A stretch of DNA of 64,000 nucleotides, taken from Neocallimastix sp. 'constans' (lineage: Eukaryota). Within the stretch, counting starts at the first letter, position 1. Every line of letters starts with the position of its first letter. The notes under the pieces were generated by a model. The model did no database searches. It was not told the origin of the DNA and saw only the letters and a list, made by a program, of their open reading frames with translations. A program made the translations under genes and the position numbers. The stretch spans positions 1 to 64,000 of the forward strand of contig JBODTK010000125.1 of the NCBI GenBank assembly GCA_050613775.1, in the 5' to 3' direction. Below are positions 44,269 through 56,939 of this stretch, one piece after another.

Positions 44269-45639
44269 ATGACTCAACAACCAGAACCAATTATTTTAGA
44301 ACTCAACCCAGACCAAGGTTGTACTGAAATTGAATCTCTCTGTATGAATTGTAGAGAAAATGGTATTACTCGTTTATTATTAACTAAGATTCCATATTTC
44401 AGAGAGGTCATTATTATGGCTTTTGAATGTCCACACTGTGGTTTCAGAAATAATGAGGTTCAATCTGCATCAGAAATTTCAGAAACTGGTGTACACTGTA
44501 CTTGTCAAATTAAAAATTCTAAAGATTTAAGTAGACAAGTATTAAAGGCTGAAACAGCCACTGCTAGAATTGATGAATTAGATTTTGAAATTCCAGCTGG
44601 TGCTCAACGTGGTGTATTAACTACTATTGAAGGTATTCTTACAAAGGCTATTGAAGGTCTTTCACAAGAACAACCTGTCAGAAAATATATGGATGAAAAC
44701 TTATATAATAAAATTCAAGCTATTATAGATAAATTAACTATTTATCGTGATGCTAAAGAACCTTTCACATTTATTCTTGATGATCCAACTGGTAACAGTT
44801 TCCTTGAAAATTTAAATGCACCAGCTATTGATCCACAATTGGAAGTTAGACATTACGTTCGTACAAAGGAACAAAATGAAGCTCTTGGTGTTGTTGCTGC
44901 TGCCAATCCAGAAGTTGAAAAGGAAGAAGAAGAAAAGAAGGATAATATTAACATTGACGTTGACGAAGTTATGCACTTTGATGCTACTTGTCCATCATGT
45001 AAGGCTCCATGTAGTACCAGAATGCATTTACTTAATATTCCACATTTTAAGGAAGTTGTAATTATGGCTACTACTTGTGATAGTTGTGGTTACAAAAGTA
45101 ATGAAGTTAAGGCTGGAGGTGCTATTGCTCCAAAGGGTAAGAAGATTACATTAAAGATGACGGATGAAGAAGATTTATCTAGAGATATTTTAAAATCAGA
45201 AACATGTGCCTTAAAGATTCCTGAAATTAACTTAGAATTAACTTACGGTACCTTAGGTGGACGTTTCACTACTGTTGAAGGTTTATTAGATCAAATTTAT
45301 GATGAATTAGATACCAAGACACCATTCACTAAGGGTGATTCAGTCACTCCAGAACGTAAACACAAGTTTTCTGATTTCCTTCATAAACTTGATGAAGTAA
45401 AAGAAATGAAGAGAGAATTCACTCTTATTTTGGATGATCCATTATCTAATTCTTATCTTCAAAATATTTATGCTCCTGATCCAGATCCAAACATGACCAT
45501 TGAAGAATATGAAAGAACCTTCCAACAAAATGAAGACTTTGGTATTAATGATATGGTTGTTGAAAATTATAATGAAAAGGGTGAAAGAATTAATCCAGTT
45601 AAAAATACTGAACAAAAAGTTGAACAAAAAGCTGAATAA
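44269..45639 (+). CDS. ZPR1: Zinc finger protein ZPR1 (two C4 zinc fingers plus A/B domains), intronless
   Basis: EIESLCMNC...TRLLLTKIPYFREVIIMAFECPHCGFRNNEVQ; second module CPSC...IPHFKEVVIMATTCDSCGYKSNEVK; GTLGGRFTTVEGLL; NSYLQNIYAPDPDP. Confidence 0.98.
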   Translation: MTQQPEPIILELNPDQGCTEIESLCMNCRENGITRLLLTKIPYFREVIIMAFECPHCGFRNNEVQSASEISETGVHCTCQIKNSKDLSRQVLKAETATARIDELDFEIPAGAQRGVLTTIEGILTKAIEGLSQEQPVRKYMDENLYNKIQAIIDKLTIYRDAKEPFTFILDDPTGNSFLENLNAPAIDPQLEVRHYVRTKEQNEALGVVAAANPEVEKEEEEKKDNINIDVDEVMHFDATCPSCKAPCSTRMHLLNIPHFKEVVIMATTCDSCGYKSNEVKAGGAIAPKGKKITLKMTDEEDLSRDILKSETCALKIPEINLELTYGTLGGRFTTVEGLLDQIYDELDTKTPFTKGDSVTPERKHKFSDFLHKLDEVKEMKREFTLILDDPLSNSYLQNIYAPDPDPNMTIEEYERTFQQNEDFGINDMVVENYNEKGERINPVKNTEQKVEQKAE

Positions 45640-46856
45640 ATAAAAATTCTTTTTAACTTTATATGTATTATAAATAAACAAATAACATTTATTTCTTTTT
45701 ACTCCAAAATAAATAGTACACTCTTATTGTTTATTATTTTATTTTATCCTATACCGAAAAATAAAAATTAATTAAAATAAGAGAAACATTACAAGCTTAA
45801 TATATAATTTATTTGTAAATTAAAAAAAAAAAAAAAAAAGATGTGGACATTCAGTATTGTTTATCTATTACTAAATATAACTAAATATAAATATATTTTA
45901 AACTGAAATGAAAACGTATTTTTTTTTAATTATAAATTATATATTAATAATATTTATTTATCAATATAACAAAAAAAGCAAAAAAAACATATTTATTTAA
46001 CAATAACTATCCTTAATTGATTCTATTTTTTTTTTTTTTTCTTTTTTTATTTTATTTCCTTTATAATAAAATAAAGGATTCAAAATAAAAAATAAAAAAA
46101 GCAAAGCACAAACAAATAAAAAACAATAATAATAAAGATAAAATAATAAAATAAGCTATATCATATATATTATTTATTAAATTAAGTTGTTATAACCACC
46201 AATATAAAAACAGAATCACATAATTTTTTTTAAAAAATATATAAAGTCAAAACAAATTTAAAAAAATCATAAATCATATTTACATACATAGTATTAATTA
46301 AAAATGAAGTACCTAACTCTATTATCTATAAAATCAAGTAAAAAAAAAAAAAAAAGTATTATTGTTTTATGTATTATATAAATATTTATATACTTTTTTT
46401 TACTTCTTGTTCTAATTATAAAATAAAATAAATAATAAAATTAGTAAGAATTCACATATTTATTTAAGTTAATAATATAAACTTTTTTTTTTAATTTTAA
46501 TAAAACAAAATAAAAATTAAAAAAATAAAAAAATAAAAAAAAATTCATTTATTTCATTATTTAGAGTGTTTTTGTGTAAATTTACATAATAATAATATTA
46601 GTAATAAAAGTTTTCACATTTTAAAATATGTAGTATATTTATTAATATTGTAATAAATAATAAATTTATATTATTATATGCATAACCTTTTTGAGAAGGT
46701 GATTTGTTCTTCAATCTATATTTATCATAAAAATTTTTTTTATTTGCTTCTCTAATAATTTTTAATAAAAGATGATTTAATCCTCAACACGATGTTTACA
46801 GAAAGCAAGAACAATAATAACAAACGCAACAGTAATAATAATAATAATGATGACTA

Positions 46857-46891
<35 letters not shown>

Positions 46892-47154
46892 AAATTTATA
46901 TGTAATAATGAAATTAAAAAAAAAATAAAATAAATAATAACTTTTTATTTTTATATATTGAATAAGAAAAAAGAAATAATAAAATTATTATTGTTTATTA
47001 TTTATTATTTATTATATATTATATTTTATTTTTTTTTTTTTTATTTATTAGTAATATATAATAAATAATCAATAATAAAAAATAAATAACTTTTATTTGT
47101 ATAAATGGAATAAGAAAAAAGAAATAATAAAATTATTATTTATAAATTACTATC

Positions 47155-47321
47155 ATTATTGATTATTGATTATTGATTATTGATTATTGATTATTGATTA
47201 TTGATTATTGATTATTGATTATTGATTATTGATTATTGATTATTGATTATTGATTATTGATTATTGATTATTGATTATTGATTATTGATTATTGATTATT
47301 GATTATTGATTATTGATTATT
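47155..47321. repeat. (ATTATTG)n heptamer tandem repeat, ~23 copies
   Basis: Perfect array visible in the sequence. Confidence 0.95.
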
Positions 47322-47751
47322 TTGACTATACAATTTTGTTAATTATTATTATTTATATAATTGGTTATTTTTATTCTTTTTGTATGTGATTTGTTAAAAT
47401 ATATTATATTTTTAATCCTAATATATGGCATAATACTTATTCTTTGTTTAATTAAATTTTTTAATTTATTTTTTTTTAAATTCTATGTATATAAAATTAT
47501 ATCAAAAAAATATTTTTAAAAAAAAAAAAATTAAAAATAATATAAATTTTATGTACAATTATGAAATAATTAATTATAAATAAATATAATTGACTTACTA
47601 AGAAAAATATTGTTAATAATAAAACGAATAAAAAATATATTAATAATACATTTAAAAGAGAACAAAAAGAAAAAGGCAATATATATATTCAAGAAATATT
47701 ATTATATATTTTAGGAATAAATATTATATATTCAGTAAAAAATATATATAT

Positions 47752-48423
47752 ATGGATTCAAAACTTTTCATTCAAGCATTTTCAAAATTTGCTATTGGTG
47801 TTTTATTAGTTGCTGCTTTAATTTTCATACCAGCATGGAGTGTTTTATACTGGCAAGGTTGGCTCTTTATGGGATTATTATTTCTTCCAATGTTTTTAGT
47901 TGGTGTAGTAATGTTGTTTAAGTCACCTGGCCTTCTAAGAAAAAGGTTAAATAATAAAGAGACGGAAGAGGAGCAAAAAGTAGTTGTTATTTTTAGTGTA
48001 ATAATATTCGTTTCAACTTTTATTGTAGCTGGATTAAATTTTAAATTTAAATGGATTGTGTTACCTGACATTGTATCTTACATTGCATCCTTTATATTTT
48101 TAATAGGTTATGTATTATATGCCGAAGTTTTACGGGAAAATACCTTTCTTTCAAGAACTATTGAAGTACAGGAAAATCAACAAGTTATTGATACGGGTCT
48201 CTATGGTTTAGTTCGTCACCCAATGTATATGAGTACCTTATTTCTATTTTTATCCATTCCACTGATTTTAGGTTCACTTTTTTCATTTATTATTATGTTG
48301 ACATACATTCCTATTATTATAAAACGCATAAGAAATGAAGAAAAAGTACTAGCCGAAAGCCTTGATGGCTATACGGAATATATGAAACGTATAAAATATA
48401 GAATTATTCCTTATGTATGGTAA
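47752..48423 (+). CDS. Isoprenylcysteine carboxyl methyltransferase (ICMT/Ste14/PEMT) family membrane protein, bacterial-type, intronless
   Basis: Multi-TM 223-aa ORF with ENTFLSRTIEVQENQQVIDTGLYGLVRHPMY and RIRNEEKVL..LDGYTEYMKRIKYRIIPYVW family motifs. Confidence 0.9.
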   Translation: MDSKLFIQAFSKFAIGVLLVAALIFIPAWSVLYWQGWLFMGLLFLPMFLVGVVMLFKSPGLLRKRLNNKETEEEQKVVVIFSVIIFVSTFIVAGLNFKFKWIVLPDIVSYIASFIFLIGYVLYAEVLRENTFLSRTIEVQENQQVIDTGLYGLVRHPMYMSTLFLFLSIPLILGSLFSFIIMLTYIPIIIKRIRNEEKVLAESLDGYTEYMKRIKYRIIPYVW

Positions 48424-49973
48424 AAGTTGGAACAGGAATAAATAATTTCATAGTTGTTTGAAATACATAATAAAATAATATATTACTAAAAATTACAATT
48501 ATATAATTAACAATGAGTTAAAATAATATTTATAATACTAATAATAATAAGAGTTCGTTTTACAGATATTATTCATATATTTACTCTTTTTGATTATTAG
48601 CATAGATTTTATGCTAACAGACATCATTTTTAATATATAAAATTGTTTTAAAAAGATTTAATTAAATATTTAAAAATCTTATTAAATAAAATTTAATAAT
48701 ACCCAAAATTGGGAATAAATATTTAATAAAAATTTGTTTAAATAAATCGAATATATATATATACATATTTAGAATTCTTAGAAAAAATAATATATATAAT
48801 ATTAATTTTATTAATTTATATTATTATATATAATTATTATTATTATTATTATTAAATATATTCATATAAAGTTTTTTACAATTATATTATGTGAAATATA
48901 AATTTACGGCTATTAAAAAAAAAAAAATCATTATAAATTTTCAATTCTATATTACTATTTAATTTTTATATTATTATTATTACTATTTATTGGAACATGG
49001 ATATATGTTTCAAAAATATTGAAATATATATTAATGTATAAGCCTCATTAATAATATCATTATAAAATATATAAATATAATTAATATAATTATAAATCCT
49101 AAATTACTTTTTAACACTATTAAATTTTGAAAAATAAATTAAAATATAATAATAAAATAATAACAAAAAAAAAAAATAAAAATAAAAATAAAAAATATAA
49201 CATTATTAATTAAATTTTAATTTTATTTCATTGTAGTTTAAAATTTTATTATTTAAATTTTTATTATTATATATCATTTATTATCTTTTACAAAACGTTT
49301 TAATTTTTGAAAAAGATATACAAAAAAAAAAAAAAAAAAAAAAAAAATAATTATTACAATTTTCTATAATTAAATTTAATCTGTCTTTATTAAAAATTTC
49401 TAATTTAAAATTTTTTCCATTTATTTTTTTATCTTTATTATAATTATGGTTGTAATAATTTTTTTTAATTAATAATAGTATCAGTATTTTTTTGGTATCG
49501 ATAACTTAAATCAATTTGAAATTCTTCCATAATATCTTAATATTTATTATAAATTTCATCTTTTTTTTTTTATAAAAAAAAAAGTTTAATTTTAAAATTG
49601 AAAATATACAGTTATTATAAAAATGATATAATTAATTTTATTTTATTTATTAGACTTTTACTTAAATATTTTACTTTAATTATAGTTATATATGTAATAT
49701 AAAACTGTTTTTTGTTTTGTTTTTTGTTTTTTTATATTAAAACTAAATATTATATATAAAATATATATAATATAAATTTTTTACTATTTTAATAAATAAT
49801 AAATATTGGACATCAAAAGAGAATTAAATCTATATTAATAATTTAAATAATAAAAATTGATACTACTACTAATATAGACTTTAGAAAATACCAATAACTA
49901 AAAAAGTAAAATTCATTTATAGTTTATAGAATTATAAATCTTTAATTAAAAAAAAAAAAAAAAAAAATTATAT

Positions 49974-50004
<31 letters not shown>

Positions 50005-50008
50005 TTTT

Positions 50009-50039
<31 letters not shown>

Positions 50040-50363
50040 TTTTTTTTTTATTTATTTATTTATTTATTTATTTATTACTCTATGCCTTAAAGTAAATCAT
50101 TCTAACGATATAGTTATTTTTATCTTAGTGTTTTATTTATATATAAAATTAAATTATTAACAATTATTATAATTCTATTATTTAATTTTTTTGTTTATTT
50201 TTTTTTTTAATTATTATTTATGAAGTATTTATTTTGTAATTTTTTACTATATTACTATTTTATTTTCTTTTATTAATAATTATAACTATTTAATTATTTA
50301 TTTAGTTAAAGATTTTTTTTACTTTTTTTCTTTTTTCTTTTCTTTCTCGTATTAGATATTCTT

Positions 50364-50795
50364 TTAAGATAAATCAACTACCCAACAGTTGGTGGCCTTA
50401 ATAAAAGCATCAATTGAAATTCTCCATTTCCAGTCAACATCTCCTGCTCCTAAATAAAAAATTGGTGGCTATATATATATTTATTATTGTTATTATTATT
50501 GTTATTATTATTATTGTTGTTGTTATTGTTATTATTATTTTATTATTAAATTATTTATTTACTTATTTTCTTATTTTATTTAATTTTATTTTTTTTAAAA
50601 AAAAAAATAACTATTTATGCTTAAATAATTAAATTTTTTTTTTATTTTATTTAAAAAATAAGTTTTGCTTACATCTAATTTAGCCATTTCTTCAGTGATA
50701 ATGACTGGAATCTTTTCTACTGTACCAATAGGACAAACACCATTTTTATCAAAACCTGTAAGTTCGGCTGATTTCTTTTTTTTTTTTTTTTAATT

Positions 50796-50831
<36 letters not shown>

Positions 50832-51077
50832 TTTAGTCTTATTTATTATTTAGTATTTTTTTTTTTGAAGTCTTACTTCTGGGCTGGCTAATCTAAAATT
50901 ATAATGTTTCTTGCTAATTGTTTTATTCTTTAAGGAACGAACAAAATTCATTAATTTTTGGGTATTCAACTTAGAGGTGTATTGAACACATACTGCATAG
51001 TATTTTGAGTTTAATGGATCTAATGAAAATTAAATAAAATAAAATAAAATAAAATATTATTATTATTATTATTATTA

Positions 51078-51142
<65 letters not shown>

Positions 51143-51456
51143 TGTCATTTTTGTTATTTTTATTGTTAATTTTCATTTCAATTATCAATAATATTTAAAT
51201 ATTATATATATAATATATTATTATATGGATATATTTTTTATTATCTTGAATAATTTATTATTCTTACCTTTCATATCATTGACAGAGCAACGAGTGTTTT
51301 CCATAACCACAGTTTTACACATATGTTCCTTGGAAGGAGCTAAAACTCTTAAACTATTAAATGTTTATAATTATTATACATATACATATTCATAGTCAAA
51401 TTATAATAGTTATACAATATTATTTATTTAATTTTTTTTTATTATTATTCATTCAT

Positions 51457-51503
<47 letters not shown>

Positions 51504-52031
51504 TATGGAAAATAAAATAACAATAAGTAAATAAATAAGTAAAATAAGATTTTAAATTTAATTTAAAATTTCAATCGAGATGAAATTAATTTTGAAATCA
51601 AATTTCAGTTAGATTGATTCAATTTATAGAGTAAGAAATTTTTTTTAAAAAAAAAAATATATATATATATAATAAATTCCATTTTATATTAAAAAAATAT
51701 ATCGATATTATATATTTATGAATTTATTTTTTCATTATAATTTATTAATTAAAAAGTAAAATTTAATAGAAGTCCATTATTTTTATTAAATAGTAAGTAT
51801 CATTATTCAATTTTATAAATATATAAATTATTGTTAAATACAAAAATAATTAAATAATGCAAAGTCAATATAATTTATACAAATATTCAATTAATAAAAT
51901 ATAAATTAGAAAATAAAAAAAAAAAAAAAAATTAATATTTTTGCTTAAATATTATAAATATAAATATATTATGATTTTAATTTTGGTACTTACGCTCTTC
52001 TCTATAATTATTTAAATTTTATATGAATAGG

Positions 52032-52071
<40 letters not shown>

Positions 52072-52619
52072 TTAAATAAATAATTATAAAAAAGAAAAAA
52101 ATATTATTCGTCCATTTAACATATATACGATTTAAAATTACTTGTAATTCCCAGTCATAGTAATCACTCTCAACTATTTATATGTATATATATAGTTTGA
52201 AATTTAATTAAATAATTATTTTTATTAATTTATTAATAAAATTTTCAATTTTTATAATTTCAATTTTTATTTTTGATTATTATTATTATTTTCTTGAAAA
52301 GAGATTATTACCATGAATAAAACCAGAATATTGTCTAATTCCAAGTTCTTCACAAGCTTTTACAACCTTTATATTTATTATTATTATTATTAAAAATAAT
52401 ATTATAATTTATAAAAATAAAAATATATGTTTATTGAATATTCTCGATTTATGTTTAATTACAAAAAAAAAAAAAAACCTTTTTAACAGTTTCTGGGGCA
52501 TCTTCTAATTCTTCCTTGAGATTCTTATCTTCTAAATATTTTAAATATTTAGGAGTAACTTTCTTATTTTGATATATTAAAGTAATTTGATTAATTAAAT
52601 TTTCAATTTGATTCTCCAT
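50364..52619 (-). CDS. YbaK/ProX-like aminoacyl-tRNA deacylase domain protein, 8 exons (not in ORF track)
   Basis: Manual splicing gives MENQIENL...VESDYYDWELQ-RRA-LRVLAPSKEHMCKTVVMENT...DPLNSKYYAVCVQY...NFRLASPEKSAELTGFDKNGVCPIG..IPVII...FYLGAGDVDWK...VVDLS*; exons ~52619-52479, 52366-52312, 52173-52142, 52001-51994, 51353-51268, 51019-50877, 50776-50673, 50468-50364. Confidence 0.85.
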
Positions 52620-53256
52620 TCTTTTGTTAAAAAGTATTTAAAATTTTTAAATTAAAAAAAAAAAAAAAAGAAAAAAAAATTTTGAAATATATTTATTTAT
52701 ACTTAAATATATAATATATAAATTTCTTTCTTTCTGACTAATGATGATCCACCGATGTTCTTTATTATATAAAAAAAATAATTATATTAATTAAACATTA
52801 ATTCTTTAATAATATATATATTTTATATTGTAATTATATATTTATTTATTAATTCATTTATTATTAATAAGAATCTTTAATAGAAATTTTATAATTACTT
52901 ATTTATTATTTATTATTTATTATTTATTATTTATTATTTATTATTTATTATTTATTATTTATTATTTATTATTTATTATTTATTATTTATTATTTATTAT
53001 TTATTATTATTTATTATTATTTATTTATAATTATTACAATATATTATATTTTATTATAATATATTTAATTAAATCTATAAACTATAATATTTTAAAATTT
53101 TATATTTTTTTAAATTTTTTTTTAACAAATATTTTTCTAAATACAATCATTTTCGATTTTTTAATAATAAAAACAATTTTATTAAATATATTTTAAATAT
53201 AATAATAAATATATAAAGCTATTTATTAACTTTTAAAATAGTTAAATGATACAGTA

Positions 53257-53295
<39 letters not shown>

Positions 53296-53397
53296 TGAAT
53301 TTATCAATACATATTAATAAAAGATATAATATTACTTTACAAATAAAATATATTTTTAAAGTAAAAATATATATATATATATTTAAAAAAAGAAAAG

Positions 53398-53573
53398 CAG
53401 AAAGAAAATTTCAATTTCATTAAAAAATATTTTCAAATTTTCAAACTATTCAAAAATTCTATACATACTATTGTAGTACATTGGTTTTATTATTCATTTT
53501 ATTACTCAGAAAAATTGGTATCAGATTTTAAATTAAAGAAAAAAGCTAGAACCTATCGAAACTAACTTCACTT
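53398..53573 (+). repeat. Dispersed direct repeat, copy 1 (~180 bp)
   Basis: Colinear with 59849-60028: CAGAAAGAAAATT..CAATTTCATTAAAAA..TTTTCAAATTTTCA..AGTACATTGGTTTTATT..AGAAAAATTGGTATCAGA..GAAACTAACTTCACTT. Confidence 0.9.
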
Positions 53574-53988
53574 TAATTTTTTTTATTTTTATTTTTTTTT
53601 CGTTTTACACAAATAACAAATGAAAAATATCAGTTTTTTTTTTTTTTTTTCTATATTATATTACTTTTTTTATTGTTGCGTTAAATAAAAAAAAATTGAT
53701 ATTTAACCTTTTTTTTCATATTTTGAATGTTTTCTTTTACAATTTCATATTCAGTAATATATTATAAGTAAATTAATTTTGAAATTGATATCATTAAATA
53801 AAAAATTATACAATTTATTTTATAAGAAAGAAAAAAAAAACAAATAAAGTGCCCTTAATAAAATTTATATGAAATAAGTAATAATTATAATAATATTAAT
53901 ATTAATAAAGTATTGTTATAATATCAATTATAGGTTAATATTTTTAATTTTTAATAACAAAAATTAATAAAAATGAATTATTTTTAAT

Positions 53989-54037
<49 letters not shown>

Positions 54038-54428
54038 TAAAATTATTCATATTTATAATAATATCAAATAAAAAAATATTATATAATTATATTAAAAATA
54101 GAAAAAGATGAAAAATATTTTAATTATTATTATAAAAATTTTATTAATTATATATTATTTGTTTATACATAAATGATAATCGTTATAAAAAATACATATG
54201 TATGATTTTTTAGATATAATTATACTTTATAATTATAAAATAATAATAAAATTTAATAATAAAGACTTAATAAATATTGTAAATATATTCAATAAATAGA
54301 ATAAATATATATATTTTTAGTTGATATTTATAATTTATTAATTTATTAATTTATTAATTTATTTATTTATATTTATTAATTTATTTATTTATTTATTTAT
54401 TTATTTATTATATTCTATTTTTTATTTT

Positions 54429-56882
54429 TTATTCATTTAACTTCCTTTGGATAATAGATGCATTTTGTTGAAAACGGTAATTGAATTCATCTGGCGTATA
54501 TGCTTCCATAACCGCTTGATAACGATTAAATACTTGTTCTGTAAATTTTTCAATATTCTTTGGTAATGTACTATTCGTATCATTACCTAAACATACTCTA
54601 CGATAGAGGAATAAAATATATTCATCTTTCGTTGGATATTTATGATAAGTGTCAACAAAATTTCCAAAATATTTATCAAATGATAAAATTGGTCCAGAAG
54701 GATTAATAATTTTACCTAATTCATCCATCCAAGTAATTCCAGGTTGAACTTGATAGAATGGACGACAAGTATTCATACTAATTTTAACATTTTTAAATTT
54801 TTCAACATTTTCATCCCATTCCTTCCAGAAATCAAGACCAGTTCCGGTAATATTGTTATTACTGTCATTTTCTTTATAACCGTTAATTAAGCTTTCAACA
54901 TTCATATCGGTCAAATTCTTTTGAACATCAATAAATTCAAACAACCATTCTAATTCATTCATTTTAATCTTACCATCTCTTACTGCATTGTAACAGAAAT
55001 TCGATAATTTTTGAATTAATTTTAATCTTTTTTCATCAGTAACTTCACCATCAATAGGAATATAGATTTCTCCACAAATACCTCCAGATTTCATTGGTGA
55101 ATCTTCATCAACATTTACTAATATCGTTGGATACTTAAGACCATTCTTATACACATCTAATAATTTTATATTTTTCTTAAAGTAATTGAGTAGATGAGAA
55201 AGTACTTCAATACGATTAGCAAATGATTGGAATTGATCAGGCAATTGAAGATCAAATAATTTTAAAATTTGTAATAGTTCCTTATAATGAATTAAATGAA
55301 CAAAGAATAAATTGGATTTTGGAGAAATCTTTGGAATTAAAAATGGTGAAATTAAACATGACCATGCTGCAGTAGGATAAAATACCTTAGTTTGAGGTAA
55401 ATTTGATAATCCACTTAAAGAAATGGAAGTTTTATAAGTTGAGAAACGATAAATTACTTGAGCTTCAATAAATGCTTCAATATCTTTTAAATAAGGAATT
55501 TCTCCATTTTTAATCATCAAATAAATAATAAAGAACCATAAATTCTTATCTCCAAGATTTTTTCCTCCCGTAATTAATTTCATTAAAGTCCAGTTAGCGG
55601 CATCAACATGTTCTTGATTTTCTCCTAACGGAATTGCTCCAATAATCTTTCTACGAGTGAAAGGTGATCTTCTAATTGGATTGGATGAACATAAAGAAGC
55701 TCGGTAATTCTTTAATGAAATTGCATGATCAATACAAGATTTCAATTTCTCGATAAATTCTGGAATATGTAATGCCGTCAAAGGACAATTAATAATTTTT
55801 TCCGTGACCACTTTATCAAATCCAACTAGAAGAGGTGTAAAATCATTAGAACTTGAAGTTTGTGAATTTTCATTTTCATCAATGGTAATTAAAATCATTG
55901 GATCAATTTCATTATCAATTGAAATTGGACATTTCCATTCACAATTTTGAATAGAAGATTCTACATTTAAATTTTGAATATTTTCAACTTCATTAACAGA
56001 AGTATCATCGGCTGTATATTCACGGAATGTTTGTAATTTATCCGCATCGAATATTTGCTTTAATCCACCGTCACACATTCTAATTAAGAGATTAATTCTA
56101 GATTGAAAATCTCCTTTTAAAACACTAGAAAAACAATGAACTACTTCTTTCATGGCTTCGTCATAATTCTTATCTTTCATAATCAATTCATCAATAATTT
56201 CATTTTTATTTTCCGATTTATTAGTATTATTGATTTTGATACGCTTATGCATTAAGATAATTGATTTTCTTAATTCTTTATCACCATCAGTTCCTAATAA
56301 TCTTGCCACTAATGCTCTTTCTAATGAATCATATTTACAATTAAATTCATCTAACGTATTAATGGAATCAATTTCTTCAATAGTTTTTAAGTCTTCTTCC
56401 GAAGTAGAAATAATTTGATCATCATGATTTGGTTTCTTAATAATTGTTCTACTGGCATTAAATCGGGTGAAAGGACATGAAACACTTAAATTAGCTTCAT
56501 TACCTAATAAATAAATTTCATAATATCTACACTTAAATCGATTTAAATTTTTTTGAATAGCAATATCTAAATCTTTGACTTCCGAATCCCAAATTTGTCC
56601 ATCAGAAATTAAAATAAGTTCATTATAATCTACTTCATCATATTTTTTAAATATTGTATCAAATAAGCATTTTGGATTTGTTCCACCATTACCATCCTTT
56701 TCTCTATTAATTCTCATATAATCCACCTTTGAAATAAATTTGGAAGAAGTATCCCAAATAATAATTTCATCACCTTCTTGATATTTTGAATTTAAAATTG
56801 TACGAACATTAGAATGATAAAAATCATCATTCCAAGTTGAACCACTGTAATCAATAGCAAAACACTTTGCAGCTCTTGTCAT
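54429..56882 (-). CDS. Intronless 817-aa protein with N-terminal vWA/MIDAS domain; baculovirus p94-like
   Basis: Long ORF with DYSGST (DxSxS), GNGGTNP and LILISDGQI MIDAS elements, followed by NLSVSCPF, CPIS and SPFTRR. The p94 resemblance is from recalled motif order and size, not from a search. Confidence 0.7.
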   Translation of the reverse strand: MTRAAKCFAIDYSGSTWNDDFYHSNVRTILNSKYQEGDEIIIWDTSSKFISKVDYMRINREKDGNGGTNPKCLFDTIFKKYDEVDYNELILISDGQIWDSEVKDLDIAIQKNLNRFKCRYYEIYLLGNEANLSVSCPFTRFNASRTIIKKPNHDDQIISTSEEDLKTIEEIDSINTLDEFNCKYDSLERALVARLLGTDGDKELRKSIILMHKRIKINNTNKSENKNEIIDELIMKDKNYDEAMKEVVHCFSSVLKGDFQSRINLLIRMCDGGLKQIFDADKLQTFREYTADDTSVNEVENIQNLNVESSIQNCEWKCPISIDNEIDPMILITIDENENSQTSSSNDFTPLLVGFDKVVTEKIINCPLTALHIPEFIEKLKSCIDHAISLKNYRASLCSSNPIRRSPFTRRKIIGAIPLGENQEHVDAANWTLMKLITGGKNLGDKNLWFFIIYLMIKNGEIPYLKDIEAFIEAQVIYRFSTYKTSISLSGLSNLPQTKVFYPTAAWSCLISPFLIPKISPKSNLFFVHLIHYKELLQILKLFDLQLPDQFQSFANRIEVLSHLLNYFKKNIKLLDVYKNGLKYPTILVNVDEDSPMKSGGICGEIYIPIDGEVTDEKRLKLIQKLSNFCYNAVRDGKIKMNELEWLFEFIDVQKNLTDMNVESLINGYKENDSNNNITGTGLDFWKEWDENVEKFKNVKISMNTCRPFYQVQPGITWMDELGKIINPSGPILSFDKYFGNFVDTYHKYPTKDEYILFLYRRVCLGNDTNSTLPKNIEKFTEQVFNRYQAVMEAYTPDEFNYRFQQNASIIQRKLNE

Positions 56883-56904
56883 TTTTTATTTTTCTTTTTC
56901 TTTT

Positions 56905-56939
<35 letters not shown>

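Noticed and set aside
46777..46855. Possible orphan minus-strand exon encoding a TM segment (IIITVAFVIIVLAFCKHRVED*)
   Set aside because: No upstream exon or start found; partly derived from ATT repeats.
47155..47321. Regular array considered as CRISPR or telomere
   Set aside because: Simple 7-mer with no spacers, internal location, eukaryotic context.
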